Assembly: GCF_009914755.1 (NCBI RefSeq)
Contig: NC_060935.1
Strand: one strand, 5' to 3'
Source of the DNA: the human T2T-CHM13v2.0 reference genome, Homo sapiens
DNA length: 64,000 nucleotides
In this document: piece after piece, positions 53,803-64,000 of the stretch
Layout of the letters: the number at the start of each line of letters is the position of its first letter
How positions within the stretch are numbered: position 1 is the stretch's first letter
Position numbers and translations under genes: made by a program
The notes under the pieces: generated by a model
What the model was told of the DNA's origin: nothing
The model's database searches: none
The model's input: the letters and a program-made list of their open reading frames with translations, nothing else

Positions 53803-55384
53803 AGTATTCTAGTGGAACTCCTATATGGACTAAAAGGGGGTGCTCAAATTAAGGGAGGGAAGAGTACCCCTACCCCCCAGGGTTCCAGGGAACACAGTTT
53901 GAAGACCGTTTGGTCCGCTCATCACAAGGCCCCTTTATGCCTGCTCCTCTGGGGTTCGAGTGTTTAGGATTCCAAGAAGGGAGGGCTCTGGTTCCCATGG
54001 GCCCAGGGGACCCGAAGGTAGGGAGTCTGGGGCAGTGGGAACCCCCTCCCCTCCAGCGAGTGTCACTCATGGGCTCAGGATGAGGTCTCTGAGCCTCAGG
54101 ACCCCACAGCCTGGGGTCAGGAGGGCCATCCTAGGAGCCCCTGGTGCCTCTCCAGCATCTTCCACCCCACCGCGGCCCTCTCCCGCTTCCCACAGCTCAG
54201 GCAGGAGGTGACCCCTGTTTGTCTCCTGGAGCTGCTAAAGAGAGGGGGAGGGGCTCTGCAGTGGGATGGTGGTGGGATGGTGAGGGTGAGGGGAGTTGGA
54301 GGGCACCCAGACCTGGGATCCAAGAGGCCTGCAGCCCCACCTCGCCCTTCCCCGCTGGCAGCGGGGAGGGAGTTTCCCTTTGAGGGCGATGAGAGCCCAG
54401 GTGGTGGTATAGTCTGGGGAGGGAACGGATGCCCTGAAGGGCTGGCCCCTGCCCACGGCCCACGGCTCCAGCCACTTGGCCTTTAGTTTGGTGCCCTCCG
54501 TACCCTCAGGGTTCCTCCTCAGGCTGACCCCCTCTGCTGTCTCCATTCCCTATTGGATCAGAGCCCCAGGCACCCCGAGACTGGGGCCCTGACCAGTGAG
54601 GCCTGGCTTACCTGGGAGGCAGAGGCCGATGGGTGGAAGGAGCAGGAGCAGGGCGTGCCTGCCTGCCCAGCACTCCAGCTGTCCCCCCGGCCCTCACTGG
54701 GGCCTGCTTTGTGGCACCCGGCAGCGCTAAGGCGGGTGGGCAGGAAACCCAAGCTGAGAGGACATCAATTATTTATGGGGCTGCTTGCTGGGAAACCCTA
54801 ACCCTGGCCCAGTAGGGCCAAGTGACCAGCCAGACCCCCTCCCCCAGCCCTGATGGGCCTGGACAGTCAGACCCTCCTCCCCAGGGCCTCTCTAGCCCAG
54901 AGCAGACTCTAAGACCCCAAGGTCCACCTCCTCCCACATCACCCCCCGTGCTCCTCAAAACGGCATTCGAGGCATCTGTGATCTGGCCTCTTCCTCCATT
55001 TCACACACCCTCTGCTCTGGCCAGGATGTCACCCATGGGGGGGCCCCAGTAGGCCACTCGCTCATCCTTTCCCACCTCCCAGCCGTTGTCCGCATGCCTC
55101 CTGCCACCTGAGATGCCTTCCCTGGTCCTCTCTGCCTAACGAAGGCCTCTGCCCATGTCACACATGAGCTGAGTCTTCTGCGCTCTAGCATTATTCCCCA
55201 TGTTTTATAGATAGGGAAACTGAGGCTGGGAGGGGAATTTGCTGGATCCCCCAGCTAATAAGTAGCAGATCTGGCATCTGAGGCTCATGGCAGCCACCAC
55301 GTCCTGGTGCCCCTTGCTTCTGACCAAGGACAGTTCTCTGGACCCATCTGGCTCTGCCCTGGCCAGCCCTGGGGCAGAGGACTG

Positions 55385-55424
55385 GGATTAGGGCCAGGGC
55401 TGCCTGCCTCACTTACCCTAATCC
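55385..55424 (+). promoter_or_regulatory. Paired CRX/OTX2-type sites in the CABP4 promoter (GGATTAG 55385-55391, CTAATCC 55418-55424)
   Basis: Two perfect CTAATCC K50-homeodomain motifs in opposite orientation 120-160 bp upstream of the ATG of a photoreceptor gene. Confidence 0.7.
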
Positions 55425-55474
55425 CCCTCAGAGCCCGATCCTAGGCTCTCAGCTCTAAGAGTGGGGGTGCATAA

Positions 55475-58782
<3,308 letters not shown>

Positions 58783-59186
58783 GGCTCCAGGAGGGAATAT
58801 CTGTTGCCCCTGCGGCCCCAGACACCAGCCAGACCCAGGCTGCAGGCCTCCCCCAGGAGCCTCCAGGATGGAGATGGAGACCCAGCAGCCCCCAGACTAC
58901 TTCTATCCCTGAAAACACCTGGCCTCAATGTTGGCTTGTTATGTTACCTGCCCACCCTCATCCTTACCTCCTCCTACTCAAGCTGCCTGGAGAAGACCTG
59001 CTCTCAGCTGCCCACCGTTCCTCAGTGTGAGCAAGATTTGGGTCTCTCCAGACCTCTGGGAGGTAGGGAGTTCCCTGGCACTGGCAGCATTCAGTGGGGA
59101 CCCCCCAGTGGCATGATGAATGGAGAGGATGGCTGGACCCCTTCCACTACTTATGTTTATAATTTTTTTTTTTTTTAATGAACTTG

Positions 59187-61680
<2,494 letters not shown>

Positions 61681-61702
61681 CTGTCAAAGTGTTCATGTAG
61701 AC

Positions 61703-62001
61703 TAAGGGTGGGGAAACTTTCTGTAAAGGGCTGGAGAATAATTATTTTCAGCTTTGAGGCTTTGGTCTCTGTTGCAGCTGCTCACGCAACTCTGCTGTTG
61801 AAGTTTGTAGTGCAAAGTCAAGTCAACAAATGAGTGTGGCTATATCAGAAATTTTAATAAATAACAGTAAAACTTCATTTATTGACATGGAAATTTGAAT
61901 TTTATATAATTTTATGTCATAAAATCTTATTATTCTTTGACTTTTCTCCAACCATTACAAAATATAAAAACCACTCTGTGGACTATACCTTGCTGATTCC
62001 T
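61703..62001 (+). mobile_element. MER58B-like hAT DNA transposon
   Basis: AAACTTTCTGTAAAGGGC...ATTATTTTCAGCTTTG...AACTCTGCTGTTG...GAAATTTGAATTTTATATAATTTT...AACCATTACAAAATATAAAAACCA resembles the MER58B consensus as I recall it. Confidence 0.7.
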
Positions 62002-62069
62002 AACGCAGACTTCTAATGATGGGAATCACCACTTCTGAAATTGCTTTCTGTTAAGACTGTAGAATGAAG

Positions 62070-63815
<1,746 letters not shown>

Positions 63816-64000
63816 CCATCCTGGGGTCTTTCAACAAATTGATAACTGGTAGCTACTATGATCTCAGATTTCAGGTTTCTCAAAGATTCTGTTTCTTGTT
63901 TCGTAAGATTCTGAAATGCTGATGTTCCAAAATTCTGAGATGGTTTGTTTCTAACGTTCTGCATTTCTAAGTCTTTGACCACTGAGGGTGTCTGTCAGGC

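Overview
This is primate (almost certainly human) gene-dense, GC- and Alu-rich genomic DNA that I recognise as the chr11q13.2 cluster. Gene order: PPP1CA (5' three coding exons, -), TBC1D10C/Carabin (+), CARNS1 (+), RPS6KB2 (+), PTPRCAP (-), CORO1B (-), GPR152 (-), CABP4 (+), then repeat-rich DNA toward the next gene (TMEM134 by recalled synteny, no coding exon seen). I rebuilt all exon chains by hand from GT/GC-AG boundaries. The seven complete genes close in frame at 446, 950, 482, 206, 489, 470 and 275 aa. There is no CRISPR array, rRNA or tRNA, and I cannot demonstrate a new biological system. The best unexplained leads are: (1) a twice-present exon-like cassette between CORO1B and GPR152; (2) a phase-compatible CORO1B-PTPRCAP read-through fusion; (3) no genomic ATG for the reported long S6K2 isoform, but an in-frame ACG in good context and an overlapping uORF; (4) a ~390-bp local duplication and a TGACC half-site cluster in TBC1D10C introns; (5) a predicted upstream non-coding GPR152 exon; (6) a three-tier Alu/LTR8/Alu nest; (7) convergent poly(A) hexamers inside a MER58-like element. 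Repeat family names are from recall of consensus sequences, not from a search.
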